Assembly (NCBI GenBank): GCA_005884925.1 | Contig: VAYU01000024.1 | Span: 41,120 to 105,119 of the forward strand | DNA: 64,000 nt | DNA from: Actinomycetota bacterium | GTDB taxonomy: Bacteria; Actinomycetota; UBA4738; HRBIN12 | Direction: 5' to 3' | Part shown: positions 28,609-40,735 of the stretch, piece by piece | Layout: each line of letters begins with the position of its first letter | Position numbering within the stretch: the first letter of the stretch is position 1 | Position numbers and translations under genes: made by a program | Notes under the pieces: generated by a model | The model's database searches: none | What the model was told of the DNA's origin: nothing | Seen by the model: only the letters and a program-made list of their open reading frames with translations

Positions 28609-28872
28609 TCAAGTTCGGAACGGGCCTTCCCCCGCGAACAGGAACCGCACATGCGCAACCGCGGCGATCGCCAGCAGGGCCGGAGCGAGCGCCCACGATC
28701 CCGGCTCCACGTCCCTGAGGAACAGCAAGCCGCCCACCCCGATGCCGGCGCCCCCGAAGGCGAGCATGGCGTCGACGACCCGCGGACGGAGCCGCGTACG
28801 CAGCGGGAACGTGGCAAGCGCCAGTAGAACGACTGCCGCCAGGATGGTGGTCCAGGCGCCCACGGGGTCCAT
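28609..28872 (-). CDS. Hypothetical small membrane protein
   Basis: 87 aa from MDPVGAWTTILAAVVLLALATF, with 2-3 TM helices. Confidence 0.4.
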   Translation of the reverse strand: MDPVGAWTTILAAVVLLALATFPLRTRLRPRVVDAMLAFGGAGIGVGGLLFLRDVEPGSWALAPALLAIAAVAHVRFLFAGEGPFRT

Positions 28873-28912
28873 CGACCGCGAGGATACGGCCAGATCAAGC
28901 CGACGTGGGCCG

Positions 28913-29326
28913 ATGCCGATGCAGACCTCCATGGAAGGCTGCGTGCATGGCATGGAGCCGGCCTGGTGCTACGTGTGCCGGATCGAGCGGAGCGGAGCGG
29001 ACCCGCGCACCGCGTGGGGTTTCAACGCGTGGGAGGACGATCGCGACCCCGGGGATCGCAGCGGCCCGATGAGCCTCACCCAGGCGGGCTACCTCAGGTT
29101 CCTGTGCGAGGAGTTCGAGGAGACCTTCGATCCCTCGCTCACCGACGGCCAGTCGGCGATCATCGTGGCGAGCTTCCTCGACGAGCCGATGACCGACTCG
29201 CAAGCGCGGACGTTGTTCTTCCTGAGTCAGGTCGTCGGCACGGAGCCCGACACCGGGCTCACATATGGCCAGGCGCGAACGAAGATCAGGAGCTTGATCG
29301 CGATCCGCGGCCTCAAGTCCGCCTGA
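28913..29326 (+). CDS. Hypothetical protein with an N-terminal CxxC and two tandem DUF3072-like repeats
   Basis: Repeats MSLTQAGYLRFLCEEFEETFDPSLTDGQSAIIVASFL and MTDSQARTLFFLSQVVGTEPDTGLTYGQARTKIRSLI. Start ambiguous among 28913, 28919, 28931 and 28958. Confidence 0.45.
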   Translation: MPMQTSMEGCVHGMEPAWCYVCRIERSGADPRTAWGFNAWEDDRDPGDRSGPMSLTQAGYLRFLCEEFEETFDPSLTDGQSAIIVASFLDEPMTDSQARTLFFLSQVVGTEPDTGLTYGQARTKIRSLIAIRGLKSA

Positions 29327-29386
29327 ACTCAGCCTCTCCCCGGACCCACGTGACCCGCGGGCCGAACGCCCTGCGATGATGCGGCC

Positions 29387-29701
29387 GTGGCCCCCTCGAT
29401 CACCGCGCCCGACGAGGACGCTCGCCGCGGTCTTCGCCTGGCGTTGATCGGGTACGCCGGCGTCCCCTTGACGATCGTCTTCGTCGGCTTGGCACCCCAC
29501 GGGTTCCGCGCCGGTGTCTACCTGGCCGGGCTCGCCGCCGTTGCGGTCGTCTCGACCGTCGGAGGGATCCGGGCGAGGCGCGCCCTGAGCGCCGGCACGG
29601 CGCTCAGGGCGCGCGCGATCGCGGGCGCGATCCTGGGCCTCTGGCTCGGGGTCACGGCGGCGGTGCTGTGGTTCTGGACGCTGGTGGGCGTGGCGTTGTG
29701 A
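29387..29701 (+). CDS. Hypothetical small membrane protein (3 TM helices)
   Basis: 104 aa. Its stop overlaps the GTG start of the MFS gene. Confidence 0.45.
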   Translation: MAPSITAPDEDARRGLRLALIGYAGVPLTIVFVGLAPHGFRAGVYLAGLAAVAVVSTVGGIRARRALSAGTALRARAIAGAILGLWLGVTAAVLWFWTLVGVAL

Positions 29702-30906
29702 GCACGCCCGGGGCGATTGCTGCCGGGGACGTCGAGAGCGACCTGCGGACCATCCTGTGGATCCAGGCCGTCCGAGCGTTCCTCTACGGGTTCGGTGCCG
29801 TGATCCTCGGCTCGGTGCTCGCACACAACGGTGCGAGCGACCTCGAGGTTGGGCTGCTGGGTGCCGCGATCCTCGCGGGCATGGCGTTGTCCGCGATCGC
29901 CGTCGGCATCGTCGGCGACCGGATCGGTCGCCGACGAACGTACGCCGGCCTCCTGGTGATCCTCGGCATCGTCGGTCTGGGCTACGCCCTGACCGACCGC
30001 GTCTGGGTCCTCATCGTCCTCGCGCTCTTCGGCACGATGTCGACCGACGCGAACGAGAACGGTCCGCTCACGACGCTCGAGCAGGCGATGATCGGACAGG
30101 CGCTGGCGTCGACACGCCTCCGCGTGTTCGGCCGGTACAACGCGATCGCCTTCCTGACCGGCGCGCTCGGAGCGTTGGCGGCCGGTGGACCGGCGTTCCT
30201 GCATCACGTCTGGGCGGGAGCACCCGCCGATCGCCGATGGTTCCTGCTGTTCCCGATCGGTGCGATCGCATGCGTGTGGCTGGCGACGCGGCTCAGCGGC
30301 GCGATGGAGCTCGAGACTCGCTCGCGCGCTCGGTTGAACCGGTCGCGCGAGCAGGTGTTCCGGCTCGCCTCGCTCTTCTCGATCGATGCCTTCGCGGGCG
30401 GGTTCGTCGTGACCGTCTTCGTGGTGTTCTGGTTCTCCAAGCGGTTCGGCGCGTCGCAGGAGCTGATGTCGGCGGTGGTCTTCGCAGCCGGGCTCCTACA
30501 GGCGGGATCGTCCATCGTCGCGACCCGTGTCGCCGCACGGTTCGGATTGTTGAACACGATGGTGTTCACGCACCTGCCGTCCAACATCCTGCTGATCCTG
30601 GTTCCGCTGATGCCGACGCTTCCGCTCGCGATCGCGGTCCTCCTGCTCCGGTTCGCGCTGTCGCAGATGGACGTGCCGACCCGGCAGGCGTACATCGCGG
30701 CGATGGTGGACCCGGACGAACGCACGGCCGCCGCGGCGACGACCAACACGGCTCGCTACATCGCGCGGCCGTTCGGCCCTCTGGTCGGCACGGCGCTCAT
30801 GCACTCCGTCGCGCTCGGGGCGCCTTGGGTCGTCGCGGGATCGCTGAAATCTGCCTACGACCTGGTCCTGTGGCGCGTGTTCAAGAAGGTGCCGCTGCCC
30901 AGCTAG
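29698..30906 (+). CDS. MFS transporter
   Basis: 12 TM helices. MFS motif A (GDRIGRRR). GTG at 29698 is preferred over the track ATG at 29668 because it gives a 4 nt overlap instead of a 34 nt overlap. Confidence 0.8.
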   Translation: MSTPGAIAAGDVESDLRTILWIQAVRAFLYGFGAVILGSVLAHNGASDLEVGLLGAAILAGMALSAIAVGIVGDRIGRRRTYAGLLVILGIVGLGYALTDRVWVLIVLALFGTMSTDANENGPLTTLEQAMIGQALASTRLRVFGRYNAIAFLTGALGALAAGGPAFLHHVWAGAPADRRWFLLFPIGAIACVWLATRLSGAMELETRSRARLNRSREQVFRLASLFSIDAFAGGFVVTVFVVFWFSKRFGASQELMSAVVFAAGLLQAGSSIVATRVAARFGLLNTMVFTHLPSNILLILVPLMPTLPLAIAVLLLRFALSQMDVPTRQAYIAAMVDPDERTAAAATTNTARYIARPFGPLVGTALMHSVALGAPWVVAGSLKSAYDLVLWRVFKKVPLPS

Positions 30907-30909
30907 GCC

Positions 30910-33360
30910 TTACTCCTCGTCCATCTGGATGATGACGGGAGCGATCGCGGCGACGTTCTCGCCGTCCTCCACCCTCATCGTGCGGACGCCCTGGCTCGAA
31001 CGCCCGACCCGACGGATGTCGGCCGCCCCGACCCGCTGCACCTTGCCGGACGACGAGATCGTCAGGAGGTCCTGGTCCTTGGAGCCGATGAACGCGCCCG
31101 CGAGCTCGCCGGTCTTGCGGGTGAGCTGATGGCCGATGACTCCCTTGCCGCCTCGACCCTTCGTCGGATAGTCGGCGAGACGCGACCGCTTGCCATACCC
31201 GTTCCGGGACACGCTGATCATCTCTTCGCCGTCGGATGCGAGCGCGAGGGCGATGACCTCGTCGCCTTCCGCCAACCGCATGCCGATCACGCCCGCGGTC
31301 GCCCGCCCCATCGGACGGACGAGGGACTCCTTGAACCGGATGGCTTGACCGCGCCGGGACACGAGGAACACGTCGTCCTTGCCGTTGGTCAGGCGGACGT
31401 CGACGAGTTCGTCCCCCGCCTTCAGGTTGATGGCGGCGAGCCCCGTGCGAGCGGAGGCGTACTCCGGGAGCGCCGTCTTCTTGACCATGCCGTGCTTGGT
31501 CGCGAACAGGAGGAACTGACCTTCCGCGTACTCCTTGAGGTCGAGCACCGCGCTCACCTTCTCGTCGGCGTTCACGGCGACACCGGGAAGGTTGGCCGCG
31601 TAGAGGCCTCGAGCGATGCGCGACGAGTCGGGCACCTCATGGACCTTCACCCGATACACCCTGCCCCTCGTCGAGAAGAACAAGAGCCAGTTGTGGGTGG
31701 TCGTCGTGAAGACGTCGGTGATGACGTCCTCCTCTTTGAGGGTGGCGCCCTTGACGCCCTTGCCACCCCTCCCCTGTCGCTTGAACGCATCGATGGGCTG
31801 GCGCTTCACGTATCCGGCGCGGCTGACCGTGATGACGACGTCCTCCTCGGCGATCAGGTCCTCAACGTCGAACTCGCCCTCGTCGGCCTTGAGCTGCGTC
31901 CTGCGCGGATCCCCGTATCTCTTCTTGATCTCCGCAAGCTCGTCCTTGATCACGCTCCGGAGCTTCTTGGGGCTCTTCAACAGGGAGTCCAGGTACTTGA
32001 TCCGCGCGAGCAGGTCCTTGTGCTCCTGCTCCAGCTCGGCGCGGGCCAGCCGCGTGAGGCGGCGCAGCGGCATGTCGAGGATGTGGTTCGTCTGGACCTC
32101 GCTCAGCTTGAACTTCGCCATGAGCTTGGTCCGCGCCTCTTCGGAGTCCTGGGACCCGCGGATGATCTTGATGACCTCGTCCAGGTGGTCGAGGGCGATC
32201 AGCAGGCCCTGCACGATGTGGTCGCGCTCTTCGGCCTTCCGCTTCTCGTATCGGGTCCTGCGCGTGACGACGTCGATCTGGTGATCGACGTAGTAGCCGA
32301 TCATCTCGGCGAGGTTCAGCGTGCGCGGCACGCCGTCGACGAGCGCGAGCATGATCACGCCGAAGTTGTCCTGCAGCTGCGTGTGCTTGTAGAGCTGGTT
32401 CAGCACGACGTGCGGGTTCGCGGCTCGTTTGAGATCGATCACCAGCCGCATGCCCTCGCGACCGCTGGAGTGATCCTGGACGTCGGCGATCTCCTTGACC
32501 CGGCCGGTCTTCACGAGGTCCGCGATCTTCTCCGCGAGCCGCGCCTTGTTCACCTGGTACGGCAGCTCGGTGATGACGATCCGGGAACGGCCGGAGCTAC
32601 CCTCCTCGATGGAGCAGACGCCCCGGACCTTGATGGACCCACGCCCGGTCTCGTACGCGTCGCGGATGCCGTCCTTGCCCAGGACGATGCCGCCGGTCGG
32701 GAAGTCGGGTCCCTTGACGAGCTTCCGGAGGTCCGCCGCCTTCACCTCCGGGTTGTCGATGAGATGGATGACGGCATCGATCACTTCGCCGAGGTTGTGC
32801 GGCGGGATGTTCGTGGCCATCCCGACCGCGATGCCCCCCGAGCCGTTCACCAGCAGGTTCGGGAACCGGGAGGGGAGCACGACGGGCTGCTGCTCGTACC
32901 CATCGAAGTTCGGCTCGAAGTCGACGGTCTCGGCCTCGATGTCCCGCAGGAGCTCCAGGGCCACGGGCGCGAGCCGAGCCTCCGTGTACCGGTAGGCGGC
33001 GGGCGGATCGCCATCGACGGAACCGAAGTTCCCGTGACCGTCGACCAAGGGTGCGCGCAGCGAGAAGTCCTGGGCCATCCGGACCAGCGCGTCGTAGATC
33101 GCGTCGTTGCCATGAGGGTGGTACTTCCGGATCACGTCGCCGACGACCGCCGCCGACTTGCGGTACGGACGGTCGGGTCGAAGACCGGACTCGAGCATCG
33201 ACCACAAGATCCGGCGGTGGACCGGTTTCAGACCGTCGCGCACCTCGGGCAACGCGCGTCCGACGATGACCGACATCGCGTAGTCGAGGTACGAGCGCTG
33301 GATCTCGTCCTCGAGCTGGACGGGTTCGATGTTCCCGGCGAACAGACCTTCCTGTGGCAC
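30910..33360 (-). CDS. gyrA: DNA gyrase subunit A
   Basis: 816 aa. [26 protein letters not shown] motif and C-terminal beta-pinwheel repeats. Confidence 0.97.
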   Translation of the reverse strand: MPQEGLFAGNIEPVQLEDEIQRSYLDYAMSVIVGRALPEVRDGLKPVHRRILWSMLESGLRPDRPYRKSAAVVGDVIRKYHPHGNDAIYDALVRMAQDFSLRAPLVDGHGNFGSVDGDPPAAYRYTEARLAPVALELLRDIEAETVDFEPNFDGYEQQPVVLPSRFPNLLVNGSGGIAVGMATNIPPHNLGEVIDAVIHLIDNPEVKAADLRKLVKGPDFPTGGIVLGKDGIRDAYETGRGSIKVRGVCSIEEGSSGRSRIVITELPYQVNKARLAEKIADLVKTGRVKEIADVQDHSSGREGMRLVIDLKRAANPHVVLNQLYKHTQLQDNFGVIMLALVDGVPRTLNLAEMIGYYVDHQIDVVTRRTRYEKRKAEERDHIVQGLLIALDHLDEVIKIIRGSQDSEEARTKLMAKFKLSEVQTNHILDMPLRRLTRLARAELEQEHKDLLARIKYLDSLLKSPKKLRSVIKDELAEIKKRYGDPRRTQLKADEGEFDVEDLIAEEDVVITVSRAGYVKRQPIDAFKRQGRGGKGVKGATLKEEDVITDVFTTTTHNWLLFFSTRGRVYRVKVHEVPDSSRIARGLYAANLPGVAVNADEKVSAVLDLKEYAEGQFLLFATKHGMVKKTALPEYASARTGLAAINLKAGDELVDVRLTNGKDDVFLVSRRGQAIRFKESLVRPMGRATAGVIGMRLAEGDEVIALALASDGEEMISVSRNGYGKRSRLADYPTKGRGGKGVIGHQLTRKTGELAGAFIGSKDQDLLTISSSGKVQRVGAADIRRVGRSSQGVRTMRVEDGENVAAIAPVIIQMDEE

Positions 33361-33379
33361 GGGTGCTCCTGATCTCCTC

Positions 33380-35417
<2,038 letters not shown>

Positions 35418-35461
35418 TTACCGGACGAGGGTGACGTTTGACCGTATCTCGACGGTCGAAA

Positions 35462-35836
35462 TCAGCCCTGTGACCTGCGGTTTCGCCCCTCTCGGGACAC
35501 CGGGCCGACCACGATCCGGACGGCCTTCACCGACCCGGTTCCGAGGGCCGCATCGGCCCGTTCCCGGATCTGTTCCGAGAGGTATTTCGCCTGTGCTCCC
35601 CAGGGCCCATCGGACGCTCGGACGACGAGGACCCCACCCTCCAAGGACGCCGGCTGCGTCGCTCGCGCGAGCCGCTCCCCCACCAGCTCGGGCCACCGCC
35701 GGGCGAGGGTCGCGATCGGCATCCCGCGGCTGAAGACGTCTTCACGCATCAATGCATCGACGACGTCGCCGATCGGCACCGGATCCCCGGTGCGCCGATC
35801 CGAGCGACGCCCGAACCCCTTCGAGTGCGGCATCAC
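35462..35836 (-). CDS. dciA: DUF721 / DciA-like protein
   Basis: 124 aa. It lies between recF and gyrB as Rv0004 does. A conserved WxxxVGxxLAxxxxPxxLxxGVLxVxAxxxxWAxQ pattern is present. Confidence 0.6.
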   Translation of the reverse strand: MMPHSKGFGRRSDRRTGDPVPIGDVVDALMREDVFSRGMPIATLARRWPELVGERLARATQPASLEGGVLVVRASDGPWGAQAKYLSEQIRERADAALGTGSVKAVRIVVGPVSREGRNRRSQG

Positions 35837-36930
35837 GCGGCCTCGTGCCGCGCGATGACGCTGCCGCCGCGCACGTCCAGGATCGCCGTCGCCTGAGCGG
35901 GGACGTCGGCTTCGTCGGCCACACTAATCACGACCTGACCCGGTCGCGCGGCGAGGATCGAGGCGATCCTGTCGCGGCGTGTCGGATCCAGCGCGCTGTA
36001 GGGATCGTCCACCAGCAGGACCGGCGGCTCGCCGATCGCGGCTTCCACGGCGGTCGCGAGTCCCAGACGGACGGCGAGCGCCGCGACCCAGGTCTCCCCG
36101 TGAGAGGCGAAACTGCGGGCACCGAGATCCCGCACGGCGAGGTCCAGATCGTCTCGATGAGGGCCGACGAGCGAGGTCCGACGCTGAAGCTCGTCGGACC
36201 GTCGCTCGTCGAGCCGATGCCGGAACCCCGCCTCCACCTCGGTCGCCGGGACGTTCGGCGCGTAGCGCACCACCAGGTCGTACCCCGACACGGCCGAGAA
36301 CGCTTGCGAAGCTGGAGGTGCGACCGCGTCCACGGACTCGGCCCGAGCCCGGATCACCGCCGCGCCGGTTTGGATCAGCTGCTGGTCCCACGCCTCGAGC
36401 TCCGGAGGAGCGCCTCGGCCTTCGTGCTCCTTCAGGAGACGATTCCGCTGCCGGAGCACACGCTCGTACGAGCTGGTCAGCGTGTCGCGCGACGGTTGCA
36501 GCAGCACGACGACCTCGTCCATGAATCCACGGCGGCGAGCAGGATCGCCGGTGACGATCGGCAGATCGAACGGTCCGAACAACACGACACGTACCGCTCG
36601 GCGCAGGTCTCGCCGACGACGGACGGTCGACCGATCGACCTGCACCCTGTTGGCGCCTTTCCGCCGGATCTCGACCTCGACGAGGACGCGGCCGTCGCGC
36701 GTCTCGAACTCCCCCCGGACGTACGCGACGTCCGCGCCGTGTCGCACGAGCGGTTCGCTCGCGCTCACGCGCGGACTCCCGAGCGAATACAGGAAGTGCA
36801 TGGCCTCCAACAGATTGGTCTTGCCTTCGCCGTTGGGGCCGGCCACCACGATGACCCCATCGTGTCCGAGATCGACCCGGGTGTGCACGTGGTTGCGATA
36901 GTCCCGCAACTCCACCCATGACAGGCGCAT
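35833..36930 (-). CDS. recF: DNA replication and repair protein RecF
   Basis: 365 aa with Walker A (GPNGEGKTNLLEA) and an SMC-like signature. Confidence 0.95.
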   Translation of the reverse strand: MRLSWVELRDYRNHVHTRVDLGHDGVIVVAGPNGEGKTNLLEAMHFLYSLGSPRVSASEPLVRHGADVAYVRGEFETRDGRVLVEVEIRRKGANRVQVDRSTVRRRRDLRRAVRVVLFGPFDLPIVTGDPARRRGFMDEVVVLLQPSRDTLTSSYERVLRQRNRLLKEHEGRGAPPELEAWDQQLIQTGAAVIRARAESVDAVAPPASQAFSAVSGYDLVVRYAPNVPATEVEAGFRHRLDERRSDELQRRTSLVGPHRDDLDLAVRDLGARSFASHGETWVAALAVRLGLATAVEAAIGEPPVLLVDDPYSALDPTRRDRIASILAARPGQVVISVADEADVPAQATAILDVRGGSVIARHEAA

Positions 36931-36955
36931 GGCGGGACCGCGGGCCCGAAGCGAG

Positions 36956-38068
36956 CTACACCACGGCGGCGGGGAGCCGCACTGGCATCACGAGGTAGGT
37001 GAACCCGTCGCTCTCCCCGTGCACGACGCCGGGCTTCAGCCCGTCCCGCACGTCCAGACGCACGGACTCACCGACCGCGGCGGTGAGTCCGTCGATCAAG
37101 TATTGCGGGTTGAACGCGACCGTCAGATCGTCTCCTTCGTACCGAGCTTCGACCGTCTCTACGGCCTGGCCGAGGTCCGGGGAGCTGGAGGACAGTTTGA
37201 CGCCGAGCGCGTTGAACTCGAGTCGGACCGGCGTGGTGTCGCGAGCGAGGAGTCCGACGCGTCGAACGGCATCCAGCAGCTGTTGCCGCGACACGGTCAG
37301 CCGGCTCTCGTGCGTGTCCGGGAGGAGCTGACGGTAGTTCGGGAACTCACCCTCGATCAGCCGAGAGGTGAGCGTCAGGCCTCCGGCGCGGAACGACACC
37401 TGGGCATCGTCGACGAGGATCTCGACCTTGCCCTTCTCGTCGCCCGCGGCCGCGCGCCCGGCCTCGGAGAACGCACGTTCCGGAACGATCGCCTTCGCCT
37501 CACCGTCAGCGCTGGCGACGAGGTCGCGAACCGCGAGCCGATACGAGTCCGTCGCGACCAGCACGCAACCTTCGCGGCTGACCTCGACCAGGACCCCGGT
37601 GAGGACCGGTCGCGCTTCGTCGCGGCTGGCCGCCCGCGCGACCTGTGACACGGCCTCCGCGAATGCGCCGGCGTCGGCCTCGACCCGAGTGCCTCCGGGC
37701 TCCTGCAATCCCGGGAAGTCCTCGGCGGGGAGCAGCCGAAGCGATCCTTCGTACGCCGCACACCTGATCCTCGCCTGCGACTGGTCCGTCTCCACGTCCA
37801 CCGGGGCGTCGGAGAGCGATTTCACGGTGTCCGTCAGCAGCCGGGCCGGGATCAGCGCGACACCAGGCTCAGTCACCTGAACGTCGATCGTGAGCCGAGC
37901 CGAGACTTCAAGATCCGTCGTCGTCATGGTCAACTGGCCGTCGGCGGCTCCGTCCAGCAGGACCCCCGTTAGCGCGGGGATCCCCGGTCGCGATGACACC
38001 CCGCGCTGAACCGTCTGCAAGGCCTCGGACAACGCATCTCGATCGCATCGGAACTTCACCGTGCACAC
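36956..38068 (-). CDS. dnaN: DNA polymerase III subunit beta (sliding clamp)
   Basis: 370 aa with three clamp domains. The start may instead be GTG at 38059 (VKFRCD, cf. MKF...). Confidence 0.93.
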   Translation of the reverse strand: MCTVKFRCDRDALSEALQTVQRGVSSRPGIPALTGVLLDGAADGQLTMTTTDLEVSARLTIDVQVTEPGVALIPARLLTDTVKSLSDAPVDVETDQSQARIRCAAYEGSLRLLPAEDFPGLQEPGGTRVEADAGAFAEAVSQVARAASRDEARPVLTGVLVEVSREGCVLVATDSYRLAVRDLVASADGEAKAIVPERAFSEAGRAAAGDEKGKVEILVDDAQVSFRAGGLTLTSRLIEGEFPNYRQLLPDTHESRLTVSRQQLLDAVRRVGLLARDTTPVRLEFNALGVKLSSSSPDLGQAVETVEARYEGDDLTVAFNPQYLIDGLTAAVGESVRLDVRDGLKPGVVHGESDGFTYLVMPVRLPAAVV

Positions 38069-38262
38069 CCCCTGTATCGGTATCTGTTCTTCATGAAGAC
38101 CTGTAGTGGTAGGGCCGGTGGAACCGTGGACAACTCCGTCATCCGCGCAGCGTAGTGCCCATGCCGGACATGGGGACGAGCTGTGGATAAGTCGTGCCGC
38201 TCTGCCGGCGGGAGACGGGGGCCGTCCGGGCCGCCGAAGTCATCCACACCGTTATCCACATG
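38069..38262. other. oriC: dnaA-dnaN intergenic region with DnaA boxes
   Basis: Perfect TGTGGATAA at 38182..38190 (minus orientation) and perfect TTATCCACA at 38252..38260. TCATCCACA at 38240..38248 has one mismatch. GC content is locally lower (cttcatgaagacctgtagtgg). Confidence 0.75.
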
Positions 38263-39690
38263 TCAGGAGGCCCCTCGTACGCGTCCGCGGACGATCCGGG
38301 TCAGGTCCTGAACCTGTCGGAAGGTCGCGTCGCGCTCGCGCATCTCATCCTCGACCTTCTTGATCCCGTGCAGGACGGTGGTGTGGTCGCGGCCACCGAA
38401 GATCTCGCCGATCTTCACCAACGACAGCCCCGTGCATTCGCGCATGAGGTACATGGCGATGTGCCGCGCTTGGGTGAGCGGGCGTGACCGGGACTTCGAG
38501 ACGAGGTCTCCGGTGGACAGGGAGAAGTACTCGGCGGTCTGCTCCATGATCAGCTGCGGGGGGATCTCATGGTCGGTCTGCGGGATCAGGTCCTGCAGCG
38601 CGCGCTCGGCCAACTCCTGGTCGATCCGTTGTGCAGTCAGCTCCGACCAGGCGACGACCCTGACCAAGGCCCCCTCCAGCTCTCGGACCGACTGATCGAA
38701 CTTGGACGCGACGAACTCGATCACGTCGTGGGGGATCGTCAAGCGTTCACGTTCCGCCTTGAGCTGCAGGATCGCGATGCGCGTCTCGAGGTCGGGTGGC
38801 TGCACGTCGACGCAGAGGCCCCAGCGGAACCGGCTTACGAGGCGCTCCTCGAGACCGGACAGCTCGTGCGGCGGGCGATCGGATGCGATCGCGATCTGAC
38901 GGCCGCTGCCGTGGAGATGGTTGAAGGTGTGGAAGAACTCCGTCTGGGTCTCCTCGCGCTTGGCGAGGAACTGGATATCGTCGACCAGCAAGACGTCCAC
39001 CTCGCGGTAGCGGTGGCGGAACTGGTCCCCCTGGCGTTCACGCACTGCCTTGATGAACTCCGTGACGAAGCGCTCGGAGGTCACATACTTCACGCGGATC
39101 CCCGGGTTGACGCGGTACATGTGATGACCGACGGCGATCAACAGGTGCGTCTTGCCCAGGCCGACGCCGCCGTAGATGAACAAAGGGTTGTACGCGGTCG
39201 ATGGCGGCGCTTCGGCGACCGCCATCGCAGCCGCGTGCGCGAACCGGTTGCTCGGTCCCGGCACGAACGCTTCGAACGTGTAGTTCGGGAACGGCAAGCC
39301 GGGGGCACCGAGCGAGATCGCCGCGGCGCGGCGCCGGACGGCTTCACTCGATTCGCCGATCGCTGTGCGCGCTGGCGTTGCGGGAACGTCGACGACGGGG
39401 GTCTCATCGAGCGGATGGCGGATCCCCTCCTCGACCTCGAACTCGATCTTCACCGGGCCACCGTATGACGCTGCGGCCGCCTCCTCGATCAACGTGAGAT
39501 GGTTGTGCTGCAAGCGCTCACGGACGAGCGGGCTCGGAACTGCAAGGGTGAGGACGTCATCAACCAGGCCGGCGGGGCGCACGTCGGAGAACCACATCAC
39601 GAGCGTGGTGTCGGGGAGCTCCGCTCGCGCTCGTGCCAGCACGCCCGACCACGCTTCGAGCGCCGCGTGCTCCGGGTAGGCCGTCACCAT
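38263..39690 (-). CDS. dnaA: Chromosomal replication initiator DnaA
   Basis: Start MVTAYPEHAALEAWSGVLARA... at 39690. AAA+ Walker A (GGVGLGKTHLL) and a C-terminal DNA-binding helix. The first 109 aa of the track ORF, upstream of this start, are Arg/Pro-rich junk. Confidence 0.95.
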   Translation of the reverse strand: MVTAYPEHAALEAWSGVLARARAELPDTTLVMWFSDVRPAGLVDDVLTLAVPSPLVRERLQHNHLTLIEEAAAASYGGPVKIEFEVEEGIRHPLDETPVVDVPATPARTAIGESSEAVRRRAAAISLGAPGLPFPNYTFEAFVPGPSNRFAHAAAMAVAEAPPSTAYNPLFIYGGVGLGKTHLLIAVGHHMYRVNPGIRVKYVTSERFVTEFIKAVRERQGDQFRHRYREVDVLLVDDIQFLAKREETQTEFFHTFNHLHGSGRQIAIASDRPPHELSGLEERLVSRFRWGLCVDVQPPDLETRIAILQLKAERERLTIPHDVIEFVASKFDQSVRELEGALVRVVAWSELTAQRIDQELAERALQDLIPQTDHEIPPQLIMEQTAEYFSLSTGDLVSKSRSRPLTQARHIAMYLMRECTGLSLVKIGEIFGGRDHTTVLHGIKKVEDEMRERDATFRQVQDLTRIVRGRVRGAS

Positions 39691-39948
39691 GCCTATTCCA
39701 CAGAACCTTTCCACAACGGTGGAAAACCCAACGGGGGGATCCTCCGACTCGGGAGACGCGGCCCGGTCGCGCGCCCCGGGGGAAGGCGGGCTGGAAGATA
39801 GCACGGTGGTTTTCCACACCGCACGCGCGACGGGGGGTCTTGACGTTCTTTCTGTTGTCAAGAGCTTTGGCCAGCGAGGATGCTCGCCCCGTATACTGCC
39901 CGCTCGACCGGCGCGAACCGGTCTCCGATCGAGCGAGGATCTCCACGG
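39691..39948. promoter_or_regulatory. dnaA-rpmH divergent promoter region with DnaA-box-like sites
   Basis: TATTCCACA at 39694..39702. The palindrome TTTCCACAACGGTGGAAA at 39708..39725 is two inverted box-like half-sites. TTTTCCACA at 39810..39818. Confidence 0.6.
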
Positions 39949-40092
39949 ATGGCCAAGGGCAAGCGGACGTACCAGCCGAACAACCGTCACCGCGCGAAGG
40001 TGCACGGTTTCCGGCACCGGATGCGGACCCGCGCCGGTCGCGCGATCCTGGCCGCTCGCCGCCGCAAAGGGCGCGCGCGGGTAACCGTCTGA
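39949..40092 (+). CDS. rpmH: 50S ribosomal protein L34
   Basis: [47 protein letters not shown] (47 aa). Confidence 0.95.
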   Translation: MAKGKRTYQPNNRHRAKVHGFRHRMRTRAGRAILAARRRKGRARVTV

Positions 40093-40112
40093 CCCGCGCG
40101 AACGGGGTCCAG

Positions 40113-40418
40113 GTGCAATCGCGTGACGTGCAGCGCGTCTTCGATGAGGGCCGTCCGGTTCACGGGAGGCGGGTGGTAGTGTTTCTCGCGTCCGGGACTG
40201 GGGCAGCGGCGTTCGTCGCCGGTCGCAAGGTCGGCAACGCGGTCACGCGGAACCGAGCTCGGCGCATCCTTCGAGCGGCGTGGCTGGAGGTCGCTCCGGG
40301 GATCGGGAACGGACACGACGCCGTCCTCGTGGCCCGAGAGGCCATCCGGGGGGCCAAGACGCAGGACCTGGTGGCCGAGATGACGCAGCTCCTTCGCGGG
40401 GAGATCACGCACCCATGA
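40113..40418 (+). CDS. rnpA: Ribonuclease P protein component
   Basis: Basic protein of about 101 aa directly after rpmH. GTG start chosen; CTG at 40089 or GTG at 40128 are also possible. Conserved RnpA position. Confidence 0.75.
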   Translation: MQSRDVQRVFDEGRPVHGRRVVVFLASGTGAAAFVAGRKVGNAVTRNRARRILRAAWLEVAPGIGNGHDAVLVAREAIRGAKTQDLVAEMTQLLRGEITHP

Positions 40419-40732
40419 ACGCGGTCCGACGCGGTCTGCACGGCGCTGGAACTCCGGTCCGCATGATCCTCATCGCTTGCATCCGGGTGTATCGGATCAC
40501 CCTTTCGGGCTGGCTCGGTGGCCAGTGTCGGTTCTCTCCGAGCTGCAGCGGGTACGCGGAAGACGCGATCAGGGTGCACGGCGCCATCCGCGGCTCGGGG
40601 ATGGCCCTGTGGAGGGTGCTGCGCTGCAACCCATTCGGTCGTGGCGGGATCGATCGCGTTGACGGTGCCCAGCCCAGCGCTCCGTATGACGATGTCTCAC
40701 GTGGCGCACCCGACGAGAAGGCACGGGTGTAG
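40415..40732 (+). CDS. yidD: Membrane protein insertion efficiency factor YidD
   Basis: MILIACIRVYRITLSGWLGGQCRFSPSCSGYAEDAI... with the conserved Cys pattern. ATGA overlap with rnpA. Confidence 0.85.
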   Translation: MNAVRRGLHGAGTPVRMILIACIRVYRITLSGWLGGQCRFSPSCSGYAEDAIRVHGAIRGSGMALWRVLRCNPFGRGGIDRVDGAQPSAPYDDVSRGAPDEKARV

Positions 40733-40735
40733 GGC

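Noticed and set aside
39691-40017. 109 aa N-terminal extension of the dnaA ORF in the track.
   Set aside because: It is Arg/Pro-rich, and the conserved DnaA domain I begins at MVTAYPEHAALEAW (39690). The extension would swallow the DnaA-box promoter region.
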